Assembly: GCF_018350175.1 (NCBI RefSeq)
Contig: NC_058373.1
Span: 100,194,001 to 100,258,000 of the forward strand
Direction of reading: 5' to 3'
DNA length: 64,000 nt
Origin: Felis catus
Lineage: Eukaryota
Below, in pieces: positions 14,101-28,400 of the stretch. The notes under the pieces were generated by a model, which was not told the origin of the DNA, did not search any database, and was given only the letters and a program-made list of their open reading frames with translations. The translations under genes and the position numbers were made by a program. The stretch's first letter is position 1. The number at the start of each line of letters is the position of its first letter.

Positions 14101-14973
14101 ATTTTCCAACTTGTTTATATTGATCTGCATTCCAAAAAACAGGATGAATTCTTTACTTCCATGAAATGTATATTTAAAAGGAATTGAACTGAAAGAATCT
14201 TAAGATGAAGTAATGTATGAGAAAGCCTGTTTGATAAGCATCTAGAGGTTTAGATCAGGGATGGCAAATACCTATTACTTAACACTCTTTGAGTCCATTG
14301 CAGATACTGCTCATTGATCAGAGTACTCTTCTTCCAGAGTCTTTGCTCACAGTGTTTTAGCTATCTACTGTCAGTTGATTAGAGTTAACTGAATGACAAA
14401 AAGCTATTTGACATTTCTGACTTGGTGGATCAGTTTTTGGGAGAAATTTCTGGAATATCCGTTCTTTTAGTTAATGAGCTATTCTATTCGTTGTATGAAG
14501 TAACATAATCATAATTTTGGAAGCCCACTTACCTAAAGAATACCTTAATCATTGTTTCTTGCACTTAAATTTTTAGGTGTTTGTGAAGCCAATTGAATCT
14601 ATTCATAGAATATTCCTTAAATATAATGTATTTTTTTTTTTTAATCCATACACTTGTATGTCACATCTTAAACTTTTAATTGGGTACCATTTTTCATAAT
14701 GTTATTTATTTTTATTCTTGGGTTTTCTTTCTATTTTAAGGAATGGACCTACCCTATGAGACGAGAGATGCAGGTAAGATAACCTTTTTGTTTATTCAGG
14801 CCAGTCCATATTATTATTATCATCAAATAACTGATTTCACAAAGGATTTAAGACCTGTTGGCTCATGATCTGTAGGTTCCTCATTGAGTATTTAAAAAAT
14901 CAACATATTTAAAGGTTAACATTAAAAAATGGGAAATGAATTGTTGCCTTTCTTCCTTATAGTAGAATCATGG

Positions 14974-15042
<69 letters not shown>

Positions 15043-18000
15043 TACATACATACATATATGTATATACATGTGCTGAGTCACTGTTTTTCCTAATCTGAAA
15101 AATTGGATACAATATTTATATTTCTGTTGAAAACAGTTTGCTTTCTGTGTTTGGCTAGTTTAGACAACTCTATAAGATTTGACCATAAAGCAAATCACTC
15201 TTGAGTAATTGTTCCTCTTTGTGTCTGATTTCCAGACACAACTTCCATAATGAAGTCCTCCAGAAGACTGATTTGAATACTCCAAATGTGGAATAATAAA
15301 GTGATAGCTAACCTTCATAGCAGTTTTTTTTCTTTTGCATTTCTTACTTACAGTCACTCTGCTAGCCCCAGAATCAAGCAGTGTCTCCTGTTCCTAGAAA
15401 TACCTTGACTTTTAAAAATATGTTTCCTTTCTCTATTAGTGAAAATTCTCTTTCAAAAAATATCTTAGTACCTATGAGGCATTTACTTGGTGCTATGGGA
15501 AATGCAAAGGTGAGTAAAATGTAATTTGTGCCCACAAGAAGCTGATAGGAGAAATCAGACCTATACAAAAATAATTATGATGTTTCATAGAACAGAACTA
15601 CAGCATTATACTGTATTATTATCTAGGCTATGGTATAGGTCAACTAAAATCTTTCTATATTGAATTCACATAGAAAAATTTTAATCTAGCATTTGGAAAG
15701 TATTTAAATTGCTGAAACTGTCAATAGGCAAGCAGTTGATACTGGTCTTTTTTAAACTTTGCAAGAATACTTTTATTAACTGAAGGAAACAGTTCTAATC
15801 TTCTTGTATCTTGTGCTACTTTTGATTTGGCTGAATAAGGTTTTGTGTAATTCCAAAGGGGTAATTTTTCTTTATGTCTACTTTATTTCTAGACTAGAGC
15901 AGAGAATATAAGTAAAATAAGAGATGTTTTAATTAATCTAAAAGCCAGTCATACAATATGCTAATTTTATCCAAACTGCTTATAAAAAGCACTGTGGAAG
16001 TTCAAATATCTGACTTTGCAGAACTGTATTTAAACTTTAAATGTTTCGTTTGATATATAAAGCAAATCTGCATTTCTCTTCCCGGTCTTTGCTCAGTGTG
16101 GCTAGGGAATATTCCCTAGATAGCAAGCTTTCTTTTTTTTTTTTTAATTTTTTTTTTTATGGTTTATTCATTTTTCAGAGACAGAGTGTGAGGGGGGAGG
16201 AGGAGACAGAGAGGGAGACACAGAATCTGAAGCAGTTTTCAGGCTCTGAGCTGTCAGCACAGAGCCCAACGCAGGGCTCGAACTCACGGACCGTGAGATC
16301 ATGACCTGAGCCGAAGTCGGACGCTTAACCGACTGAGCCACCCAGGCGCCCCTAGATAGCAAGCTTTTTAATAAATTATTATAACAACTATGAAAACTCC
16401 ACAAGTCCACTTATGTGGTACATAGTTTGTGTATATTTAAATTGTTGATGGTAAATATCTCAATTTTTTTTTTCTAGGAAATTTTACCTGGATTGTTTTT
16501 AGGCCCATATTCTTCTGCCATGAAAAGCAAGGTATGAATTTTAGATTAAGTTTGTCAAGAGACTTTATTAACCAGCTTTTTTGGAATAAATTTTTTTAGT
16601 TGTCAGAGAGAAGGTCCACAAATATTGCATGTCACTCTGGAGTACCTGCCTCTTTCCAAATTTTACTGTACCAGTGATTCTCAAATATTTCATCGTAAAT
16701 CACAAATGAGCTTTTATGAATCAGTTTTTTCATGAATCCATGTGTTTGAAAGATTTACCAATTGATAATTGACCTTTATTTACCCTCTAAAAGATTAGGT
16801 ATCTATCATTGCTAATCATATCTCTGAACAGTGAGATAGAATTAAAGCCCAAAATAAGTGTATTTAACATTTTAGTTAATCTTTCCTTATCAAGGGTAAA
16901 TGTGTGTATATGTGCATGTGTATGCACGTGTTTTAATTGGTAAAATCTTATTTCTGTTTTTCCAAACTTTAGAGACCTGGATGCTCCAGGTTGTAAAGTA
17001 TTATACCACATATATGTCTCTTGTCTCCTATATAGTCAAACTGAAATGGATTTCTTTAGTTACACATTTAACATGGTAGATTCTTTCTTTTTTTTTTTTA
17101 ATTTTTATTTATTGATTTTTTTAGATTCATTTTAATATATGTAGCAATTTGCCACTTACTAGGGGATTCAGTCTTAGGAATTATGACAGTGCTACTAATT
17201 TGCTTTGAGTTATAATGTGAAACAGTGTATCACAAATGTTTTCCCTGATACCTTATTTTGAAGTCACTATTCTTGTGTATGATACCTACTCTACCTATGG
17301 TAAGTTTTGTAAACAAAAAATTTGTAGAATTTTTTTTTTCTTTTTTCTTTTTGTTTCGTTTTGGAGAGAGAGTGTGAGAGTTGGGGAGAGAGAGAGAATC
17401 TCAAGCAGGCTCCACGCTCAGTGCACAGCCCGATGCAGGGCTCAATCCCATGACCTTGGGATCATGACCTGAGCTGAAATTAAAGTAGGATGCTCAACCG
17501 ACTTAGCCACCCAGGCGCCCGCAAAACTGTAGAATTTTTAAATCTAATGATTTAATTTAATGTATTTATGAATTTTGGGTGGCTGGGATGTTTTGTTTTG
17601 TTTTGTTTTTTAATGTTAGTTTATTTTTGATAGAGATAAGGGATGAGCAGGGTAGGGGCAGAGAGAAAGGGAGACACAGAATCAGAAGCAGGCTCCAGGC
17701 TCCAGGTGTCAGCACAGAGTACAATGCAGGATGTCGAACCCACAAACCATGAGATCATGACCTGAGCTGAAGTTGGACGCTTAACCAACTGAGCCACCCA
17801 GTTGCCCTTTGATTGGGAGTTTTTTTAGAGTTAGAGTCATTTCTTTGAAACTGGAAGGCTTTTTGACTATTGAGGCATATATAAGAGTAAACCTAGTTTT
17901 GATGGTCTACAGCTGGGTTGGAAAGGCACAGTGTTGCTTAAAAAAAAAAAAAGTACTAAGGAAAGGATAGAGTAGTTAACTATAGACTTAACTGATTTAC

Positions 18001-21000
18001 TTAAGACAAAAGCCAAATAATGTAGTATTCACAAAAATTGTTAGATTACTTTTTGTATTCCCACAGCATTTTATAAAATATATCTATTATAGTATTTGTC
18101 ACATTAAATTATTTGTTTATAGATTTCCTCAAAACCTCTTTACCATCGCCTTCACCATGGTCTAATTATTAGATTGAGGAAAAGTTTCTATGGCGAAATT
18201 TGATTATTTCTCATTCTGAATCACCATAGAACAGCTTGTCTTCCTTTTCATACCATCATCCTAAAAATACGTAACAACAACAAATAATAACAGATAAATC
18301 TTAGGGAATAAACTCCCTTTCTAATACTCGTTTAGTTAAGCTTATCTTTTATTACATTCAAATACAGTTTTAATGAAAGGGACAAATTGGGGCTCCTGGG
18401 TGGCTCAGTCAGTTAAATCTGACTTCGGCTCAGGTCATGATCTTGCGGTTTGTGAGTTTGAGCCCCTGAGCATCAGGTTCTGTGCTGACAGCTCGGAGCC
18501 TAGCGCCTGCTTCAAATTCTGTGTCTCCCTCTCTCTCTGTCCCTCTCCTGCTCATACTCTGTCTCTGTCTTTCAAAAATAAATAAATGTTAAAAAAATTT
18601 TTTTGAAAAGGGACAAATTTAGGCTCTTTGTCAGTAGTGAACTGTTTCTTTTTATACAATTTTTTCTGTAGTTTGTAGGTATGAGTAAGTCATAATTTGC
18701 TTTATATAAATGAAAATCCATTGGAAAGTAAAAGTATTCTGTATGCTATTACATTTGGGTCCTATTTTGTTAAGGTTTTTTTTTTTTTTTTTTTTTTACT
18801 TAGTAATAGTTTAATGTGCCTTCAAGATTTGTGTTAAAGCAGATTTTTATCCATAGTTATATATACCTTCCTGTGATTTCTCACATTAATAAAGTATCTT
18901 TATATATCACAGATCAAGTATAAAGAATGGATATTGAATACATTTTGACAGTTTAGTAAATGTGAATATGGAACATTGATTAAATATTAATCCTACCAAG
19001 TGTTTACCTCCCTTCTTTTAACTCAGGGTACACTCAGGAAATACAAAGATAATTAAACTCTATCTAATATATGCCAGACATCAGAACATTTGCTGCAAAA
19101 ATTAACATTTTAAACTTTTGAAAGCCATATTTTCTTAGCTCAGGCTGCTGTAATAAAATACTATAGACCAGTGGCTTAAACATCAGACATTTATTTCTTG
19201 TGGTTGAAGTGGCTGGGAAATCTGAAATCAGGGTGCCAACATGGTTAGGTTTTGGTAAGGACCCTCTTCCTAGCTTGCAGATGGCTGCATTCTTGCTGTA
19301 TCTTTACATGGCAGAGAGACAAAGTCCTGATGGCTGTTCCTTTTTTCAGGGCACTAATTCCATCATGTGGGCTTTACCCACATGACCTCATCTAAATCTC
19401 TGATTACCTTCCAAAGGCCCTATCTCCTAATACCAACTTGGAAGTTAGGACTTCAACATACAGATTTTAGGGAGATACAAACATTCAGTCCATAACAAAT
19501 ATAAATTATTCTTTGACTTCTCTGATGGATTGTTAGTATTATTGTTCTGGACTATTTAATGCAGAAAGTGGGAATTAAATATATGAATGTAAGCTGAAGT
19601 TTCATAGAAAACTCAAAATTATGAATTCTGATTCCTCATGCCAGCATGATTTGTTAAATATATTTAACAAACATATAGTTGTTGAACAGTTAATATTTTC
19701 AAGGCACTGTTATACATACTTAATATGAATCTGTGAACAAAATCATAGTTCTCTTGGAATTTACATTCTATTAACACATATATGTATTATGTCACATAGT
19801 ATATGTATATAACATATTAAATGTTAATATATTTAATATATTAAATTGCTTTAAATGTATAGCCAAAAGACACCACAGAATATAATATCATTTGGAGTTG
19901 CCAGTTAACTTGAGAAAAATTTTTAAACTGAAACTTTAGTCTGTGAACTGTATAAGTTCATTCTGGCTTGTATCAGAAAAAGTGTACTGAGAGAGGCAGG
20001 GAGATTTGGGCCCTGGTATTCCAATTAACTATGTCAGTGATGTTCAATAATTGTTTATGTCTTAGCAGTCCCTTCTAAAGAATAAAGTTTGTAGTCAGTA
20101 TATGTAATTACCATTTACTGAACGCTTGTCATGTGCCCCAGGCACTGTGCCAAATTTCTTACATATATTATCTTATGTAATTCATCTAACCACTCAGTGG
20201 AAAGGTTAGTACCGAACCACAGAGCTCAGGTCATTAGCAGAGCTGGAAGATAGAGGTTGGGATTCTCATGACTACAAAGCCTTTAACCACTATGTAGTAT
20301 TGTTTACCAAATAAATGATCTTTAAGGTCTCAACAAGCCCTAAAATTATGGATGTAAAATAATCTTATTAGCCTTTTGAGCATATGTAGTATATATTAAT
20401 CTTAAATCATTGAAATATTTTACCTATCACTTCAGGTAAATTATTGTAAAATTAGATTTAATACCCTGTGCCTAAAGCTCAGATGTGGCTATGTAATTTT
20501 AATGTTCAGTCCTGTGTATTTCAAACACCTATGTTACAGCAAGGCGATGTTTTGTATTTTAAACTATTTCTCTCCCTTGTCCCTCTCTTTTTATAGCTAC
20601 CTATTCTACAGAAATATGGAATAACCCATATAATATGCATAAGACAAAATATTGAAGCAAACTTTGTTAAACCAAACTTTCAACAATTATTTAGGTAAGA
20701 ATTATGGTTATGATGTATTAAAATGTTATGGGTAGCAAAATGTATTTTTATTTCAAGTTAATTTTATTATAGCAGACTTCTGTACATATCTGTTTTATAA
20801 GGATGCTCATATAGGTATATCATTTAAAAAATAAACTTCTTTAAATTCTTAAATAAGTAACTAAATCATATAATGCAGAATTTTAAAGATTCAAAAGCAT
20901 GTACAGTATACTGAAAAGTTTCCCTATCCTTATCTCTTAGATAGCCAGTTCCCCTCTAGAAGCATTCACTGTTACTCTTTGAGTATCTTTCCAGGATTAT

Positions 21001-22407
21001 GTTGTATATACAAACAGTCCTACAGATAAACTTTTATTTTTTACACTGGCTTAAAGATTTTTATTTTTTAATTTACTTTTAGAGATTGCTTCATATTATT
21101 ACTTAGAGAGCTGCACTGATTTTTTAAAGTTTCATAGTAATCCATTGAATAGCTATACTAAAATTTATTCAGTCTGTCTCCTGTTGTTGGGTATTTAGAT
21201 TGTTTCCAGTCTGCTAATATAGCAGGTATTCCCATGCATTTCATTTAATTCATGTGTGAATATATCAGTTGGATAAAGTGTAGAAGTGGAATTATTGCAT
21301 CAAAGAATATGAGCATTTAAAATTTTAATTGATATTGCAAATTGTCCCCCAATGAGTTGTATCAGTTTACATTCCCACTATGAAGTGAATGAGAAGAGAC
21401 TATTTCCTTGGTATCTCTAAGACAAATTGTAAAACAGTTGTAATTTTTCCCAATTTTCTAGAGTAAAAATGATGTCTCACATAGTTCTAATTTGCCTTTC
21501 TCGTTTATCTTCTAATGAGTGTGGTTGAGCATCTAATGGTTTTTAGTTTTATTTTAACTTTATTTTAAAAATAAATCTATATATTACAGTGATATAAAAA
21601 AGGGTGCAAAAAAGGTGTGTAAATAAAGTATGTCTCTTTTCTCCTCTAAACCCAAGCTCCAGCTTCTCTCTTGGGAGGCAGCTACTATTAACTCAAATAT
21701 TCTAGAGATACTGTGTATCTATATAAAAACATATTGTAATTCTCTGATTGATTGATTGTAAAAATGAAAGCAACCTGATTTTCCATCAGTACAGGACATT
21801 CTGAAATATATTGTGTAGGGGTGCCTGGGTGGCTCAGTCAGTTGAGTGTCCAGCTTTGGCTCAGGTCATTATCTTGCACTCTGTGAGTTTGAGCCCCACA
21901 TCCAGCTCTGTGCTGACAGCTCAGAGCCTGAAGCCTTCTTCATATTCTAGGTCCTTCTCACTCTCTGCCCCTCCCCCACTTGTGTGTACGCTCTCTCAAA
22001 AATAAACATTAAAAAATTTAAAAAAAAATATATATATAGTGTGTGAATGTACAATAGAATCCTATAACCATGAAAAAGAATGAAATATTTCTGTGTTGAT
22101 ACGGAATAATCATTAAGATTTATTAAAAAAGCAAGGTGTACAACCAAGTGTATATATACTCTCAATGTGTTTAAAAATACATACATTAGACATAGGTTCT
22201 TGTATATGCATGGAAAATTTCTAGACTAACACACCAGAAATTTGACAGTGGTTGCTTCTGAGAAGAGTCTGGTAGAAGGGCCTACTTTTTTATTGCAAAT
22301 ATTTTTATATTGTTAGAATTTTTTACCATGTGTACATATTTTTCAGTTAATAAAAACTTTTTAAAATTTTTATAAATTTTTTAAATTTATAAAAATTTTA
22401 ATGTTCA

Positions 22408-22470
<63 letters not shown>

Positions 22471-25400
22471 ATGAGTTGGGGAGGGGCAAGAGAGGGAGAC
22501 ACAGATTCTGAAGCAGGCTCCAGGCTCCAAGCTGTCAGCACAGAGCCCGAAGCCAGGCTTGAACTCATGAGCAGCAAGATCATGACCTAAGCCGAAGTCA
22601 GATGCTTAGCTGACTGAGCCACTCAGGTGCCCCTAAAAACTTATTTTAACAAAGAGATGTTCTATTCTAAAATAAAATAGATTGATTTTTTTTTCTAATT
22701 GTGAAAGAAATCCTTCTTCTTTATAGATACTATGGAAAATACAGACTGACACTAAGAAAAATATAAAATCATCCACAATTCCACAACCCAGAGAAAATAC
22801 TTTAGTTAACATTTTGGCATGTTCCTTGTAAATCTTACTCTATCATACATATGTGTATTATGCATACACACATATAGACTTACATATATTAAAGAAAATT
22901 ACAGTGTGATATTTTAAAATGCCATCCTATACATTTCTAATTTGTGTTTTTGTTTTTAGTACCAAAATGTCCTGCGTGCAGCTATTTTATCCTAATGGAA
23001 GAATTCTTTCTCCTTAGATTTAGAATATTGGCTTATAGATTGATAGTTCTGCTAATAGTTTTTGACACTCAAAATGGTGTGTAATAAAACATGTTAGATT
23101 GATGCTGAATTAACTTTTTTTTCTATGAAGCTGTGTTTTATGTAACAGTTCAGTCTACAAAATCACTTGAGACAGCCATTGTCAGAATCCTTTTGGTTTT
23201 TACATTGGATTATCCTTGGATACTGAGTTTTGGGTTCTCTGTGATAAACCCTGAATTTACTGAAGTTGTTAACCACCTAAATGATTGCTAAAGAACTGTA
23301 ATTTTTAAGGCAATATTGACTTTAAAAATTAATTTTGTATCTTAATTACTATAGATGTATTAATAAGCAAGTAGTCTTGGGTAGGTTAGAAATGGAAGTT
23401 TTTCACAAAATAAAATAAGCCTAGCATATGAGTAATATCTTATTTTCAGTGTTTTCCAAAGTGTAAAATTGTAGGACAGGTGGTCTCCTGGTTGATTTTT
23501 TTCTTTTTTTTTTTTTTTGCTCTACTGAAGGTTAGTTCAAGCAATGGATATTTGACTCCCATCATTCTGGCTCCATCAGACTTCTGTTTTGATTACCTTC
23601 CTCTCTTTGAGACTTTGGGCTTACTCTGAATCGTCCTATATAGGGTTGTGAGGAGTGGTCACAGGGCCACTCAGAGAAGAATCTTCTAGTCCATGGGGAA
23701 GTTAGTAGAAATAGAAGAATAACAATAAGGAATATAGACACTTTTTGTCTTTATATTCTAGGTCCACTCTGATATAGAGGAAAGTTTCTTCCTTCTTGGG
23801 ATTTTACAGTTTTAACCAGATAGATTTTTTATACTATAAAATATCAGAGAAATATTAACTTGTTATTTAAGGCTGAAGCATTTAAAAATGCTATGTATGT
23901 ATTTAAGCAATATAAAATCTATGACCCAGTTCTTGGGCATATGACACTTTGAAAGTTGTTTTGCATTATTTTCTTGGTTGCCAAGAAATTTTGTAAATTT
24001 TTTTATACATAGAATTTTATCTGAATGTGTGCTTATCGCAAAATATTCTATTTTCAGATATTTAGTCTTGGATATTGCAGATAATCCAGTTGAAAATATA
24101 ATTCGTTATTTTCCCATGGTAGGTATAAAATATTTTAATATTTAGAATTTGTGATTTGACTTCTTAATTATGGTTCTAAAACTTAATAATAATGAAACTA
24201 ATTCTTTCCCATGCTACTTTTACTTTGTTATGACTGAAAATTGTGGGATTATATTTAAAGAAAATTTATTATTAAAACCATTTTATGATTGCTAAATATC
24301 TGAGAAATCACACCTTGAATTTATTAAATTCAAATTAAATTTTAGCTCCTGTATAATTTTAAAAAATTGTAATAGTCACATTTGTAGTATTTTGGAAATT
24401 CTTGAATTAAGGTGATTTGTATTCATGTAAATTAGCTGGAATTTTTTTTCAATAGTTTTTTATTCTGTGTATTTTATGCTTATATTACTCCAGATGTTTT
24501 ATTAAAACACATGTCTTTTGCCTTCAGACTAAAGAATTTATTGATGGAAGCTTACAGACTGGAGGTAAATAGTAATTTCTTTATGTAGCCAGTGTTTATT
24601 TTCAGGAGATTATGTGTTATAGTTAATTTTTTAGTTACCATTTGTCTTAAATGAAGGGTATGGAAGTTGGAATTGTATGTAATAATAGACTATTCCCAAA
24701 TTTGTTTTTTCCCAACTCCTTGTTTCATTTGGATAGGCTTTCTTAAGTAACCCTATACAACCATTTTTGAATTCTGGGTCAGCTTTAAATGTCTTTAATT
24801 TCAAAGTCTACAGGTAATATAAATTGTAAAACTTGAAAGTTAATAAGTATCTAAATGGTATGTATAAAACATAAAACGTTTAAGAAAGGATTTATCTTAC
24901 TATGGTATAGTACATGGTTTCAATATATTTTAGTTGCTGAATTAGATAGATAGTTATATATATATTTTGTCAGAGTAATTATTTCTTGTTTTTCAGGAAA
25001 AGTTCTTGTCCATGGAAATGCAGGGATCTCCAGGAGGTATGAAGTTAGAGATTATCTTTTTTTTTCTAGCATTTAATTAATGAGTTGTGTTTTCTATTTT
25101 TTTCTAAAATTTTTTCCCCCTCTTCAGTGCTGCCTTTGTTATTGCATACATTATGGAAACATTTGGAATGAAGTACAGGTAAGAAAGCACTCTGAAACCT
25201 AGCCAATTTAAATTCTCATTAAAATGAAGCTTAATGGAAACAGTTTGGGAGTTTGAAGTTGATATTCTCTTCATTTTGTCATCTAGTCATGTTTGATTAG
25301 GCAGGTTCTTAGATTCCATGCTTAGTCGTTTAACCTTTGTAGCTTGTCTACCTTGTGTAGATATACTTTAGGCTAATATTTTGTGGTTTTAGGGAACTAG

Positions 25401-28400
25401 TGCTAAATGTTATTTTAAGAAGCCATGATAGTTATAGTTGGAAATAACCCTTGGAAAAGTAATTATTTACTACTAGAGAATTGTTCAGTCTGAGTTTAAA
25501 AACTTAGACACACACACACACACACACAAACTCGTACACACAGATGTTTATTGCTTCCCTTGTTTAAAAGGCTAATCTAGGGGCATCTGGGTGGCTCAGT
25601 TGGTTAAGCGTCTGACTTCGTCTCAGGTCATGATCTCACAGTCCATGAGTTCGAGCCCTGCGCTCTGTGCTGACAGCTCAGAGCCTGTAGCCTGCTTCGG
25701 ATTCTGTGTGTCCCTCTCTCTCTGCCTCTCCCCCACTCATACTCTGTTTCTCTTTCTCTCTCTCTCTCTCTCAAAAATAAATAAACGTTAAAAAAATTAT
25801 AAAAGGCTAATTTATTACGTTTTCCTTTAACAATAGTTGGGTGAAAAATTACCTAGGCACTGTTTCATCTTCTGTTCATAATTCAGTGTAGTCTTTCTTA
25901 TCCAGAATCAACTTTTCCAAGCATACTACCTAGATAAAAGAGAGAGAGAGCCCCAGAACAAAAGAAAAAACTGGTCAATGTACAGTGTTTCCTGTTCTTA
26001 GTGTGTCTTGTACATGTTAGAAATCTTGTAATCATTGACACCTCCTTGTCATTGACTCCTTACCTCCTAAACTGACCCTTTACCAACCTGTTTTATGTCC
26101 TAAAATATACCTTGAATCTGTCACTTTATCTTTCTCTTCATCATCATTTAATCTTCAATCCAAGCTCCAATCATGTCTTTCCTGGACTCTTCCAGTGGTA
26201 GCCTTCTTAGTGGTTTTATGTATCCTTTTGTTTCTCCAGTCCGTTTTTTTCTGCACTACAGTAGGAGTGAACTTTTCAAAAGATAAATCTGGTCATATAA
26301 TCACCGTACCCCCAAAAAGCTCTCAAAGGTTTCTGATCCTTAATAATTTTTAACATGGCCAGTGAAACTTTGTGTGATATGCCTGTATCAACTTATCCAT
26401 CATTGTATCATGTTCTCTGTTAGTCTCTTCATTTGAGCTGTATTCAGCCTTGGATCCACATGACTAATACATACTAGACATTCAAATGCTTGTTTAATTT
26501 GTTTGGTATCCTTTGTGTTTAAATTTCTTAAAAGTGTCAGTTCCTAGGGATACCTGGGTGGCTCAGTTGGTCGAGTGTTCCACTCTTGATTTTGGCTCAG
26601 TCATGATCTCAGGGTTGTGAGTTCGAAGCCCACGTTGGGGTCTGCACTGGGCATGGAGCCTACTTAAGATTCTCTCTTTTCCTCTTCCTCTGCCTCTCCC
26701 CCCACCTGCTTGCACACTCTCTGTCTCTCTAAAGTGTCAATTCTTAATATTACTTGAATACAAATCCTTCATTTATTTAATTGAAAAAGATAAATGCTGG
26801 CTAGACGTTATGTTTTATATATTCTCTTTATTATTTGGTGTCTTGTCAGTAATAATAATAATGGTGAAAATAGCTTCCATACATTGGGTCTGTGGCAGGT
26901 ACTATTCTAGGCTCTTTTATCTCATTTAAGCCTTACAACAACACAAGGGAGTAGATATAGTTCTCCTTGTTTAAACAATGGTAATATTTTGAGCATGTAC
27001 TGTGTGATAGATACTCTACAAAGGTGCTTTACACTTATATCTTCCATCTTCACAGTAGCCTATCAAGATAGGAATTATTATAATCCCTAATTTACAGATG
27101 AGAAAAATAAAGTTTAGAAAGTTGAGCAGCTTCCCTTAGAACACAAGCTGGTAAATAAGCGGGATTGTGATATTTCATCTGACCATGCTGTCGATTTTTC
27201 CTCTACATCTCCACCTCTCTGTAATAAAAGCTGTATATGATTTCCTATTTTAGGTAAATTTTTGGGATAAGTTCTTATTTTAGGTAAATTATGAAAAAAG
27301 TGAGATTATTCATGAAATAATAACATCACCTTAGTTTTCTTTTTTTGTTTTCAGAGATGCATTTGCTTATGTTCAAGAAAGAAGATTTTGTATTAATCCT
27401 AATGCTGGATTTGTCCATCAACTTCAGGTAACTTTTCTCTTCTTCCTCTTTAAGGTATCAGAAAATAGGATAATTCATTTTCTTACGTCCATGTAGATTA
27501 AATGTAGAATTTACTTTAAATACCTAAAAATTGCCATAATCTAATTATTTAATTTTATTATTATTTTTTAACTTTTTAAATTTATTTTAAATATAATCTC
27601 TACACCTAACATGGGGCTTGAATTCAGGACCCCGAGATCAAGAGTTGCATGCTCCTCTAACTGACCCAACCAGGCACCCCCTAATTTGATTTTTTATTCA
27701 AGTTTACATTTCCAGTTAAAAGTTTTTTTCTTTTTCTTTTCTTTCTTTTTTTAAAATTTATTTATTTTAAGAGAGAGCGAGGGAAAGAGAAAATCCCAAG
27801 CAGAGTCCACAGTGTCAGTGCAGAGCCCAATACTGGGCTCAAACTCACAAACCATGAGACCATGACCTGAGCCAAAGTCGGATGCTTAACCAACTGAGCC
27901 ACCCAGGCACCACTCAAAAGTATTTTCTTAAAAGCTGCTGTTACTGTGAAAAAAGGGTTAAAGGCACATTGTTAAATGTAAGATAAAATAATTGTTAGAA
28001 ATTTCATTTTTTTCCCTCTATTTTGATTGTACACAGAGATGAGAGTTTTGATTCTAAGTATACTATGTATAGAAGCTTTTATATTTTATTTTCTATTTTA
28101 TAGGCCTTATTTTTTCCATGTTTCAAATTTTGTTGGTGCCTAGAAGATGAACTAAAAAGACAGTAAGATAAACCTGTGAGGTATCTGATTAAACTAGTTT
28201 ATTTAATTTTTTCCAGAAAGGAAAATTATGGATTAAAGGATGTCTTCTTACTCATTCCATCCAGTTATGCAGGAGTAAATAAGTTTCTTTGCCTTTTAAC
28301 CCTGTTGTGTAAAAACGTCTTTTTAAATTGATGTTTTTATTTAAAAAAGTAATATATACTTATATATACTTATGGTATTATATATACTTATGGTTAAAAT

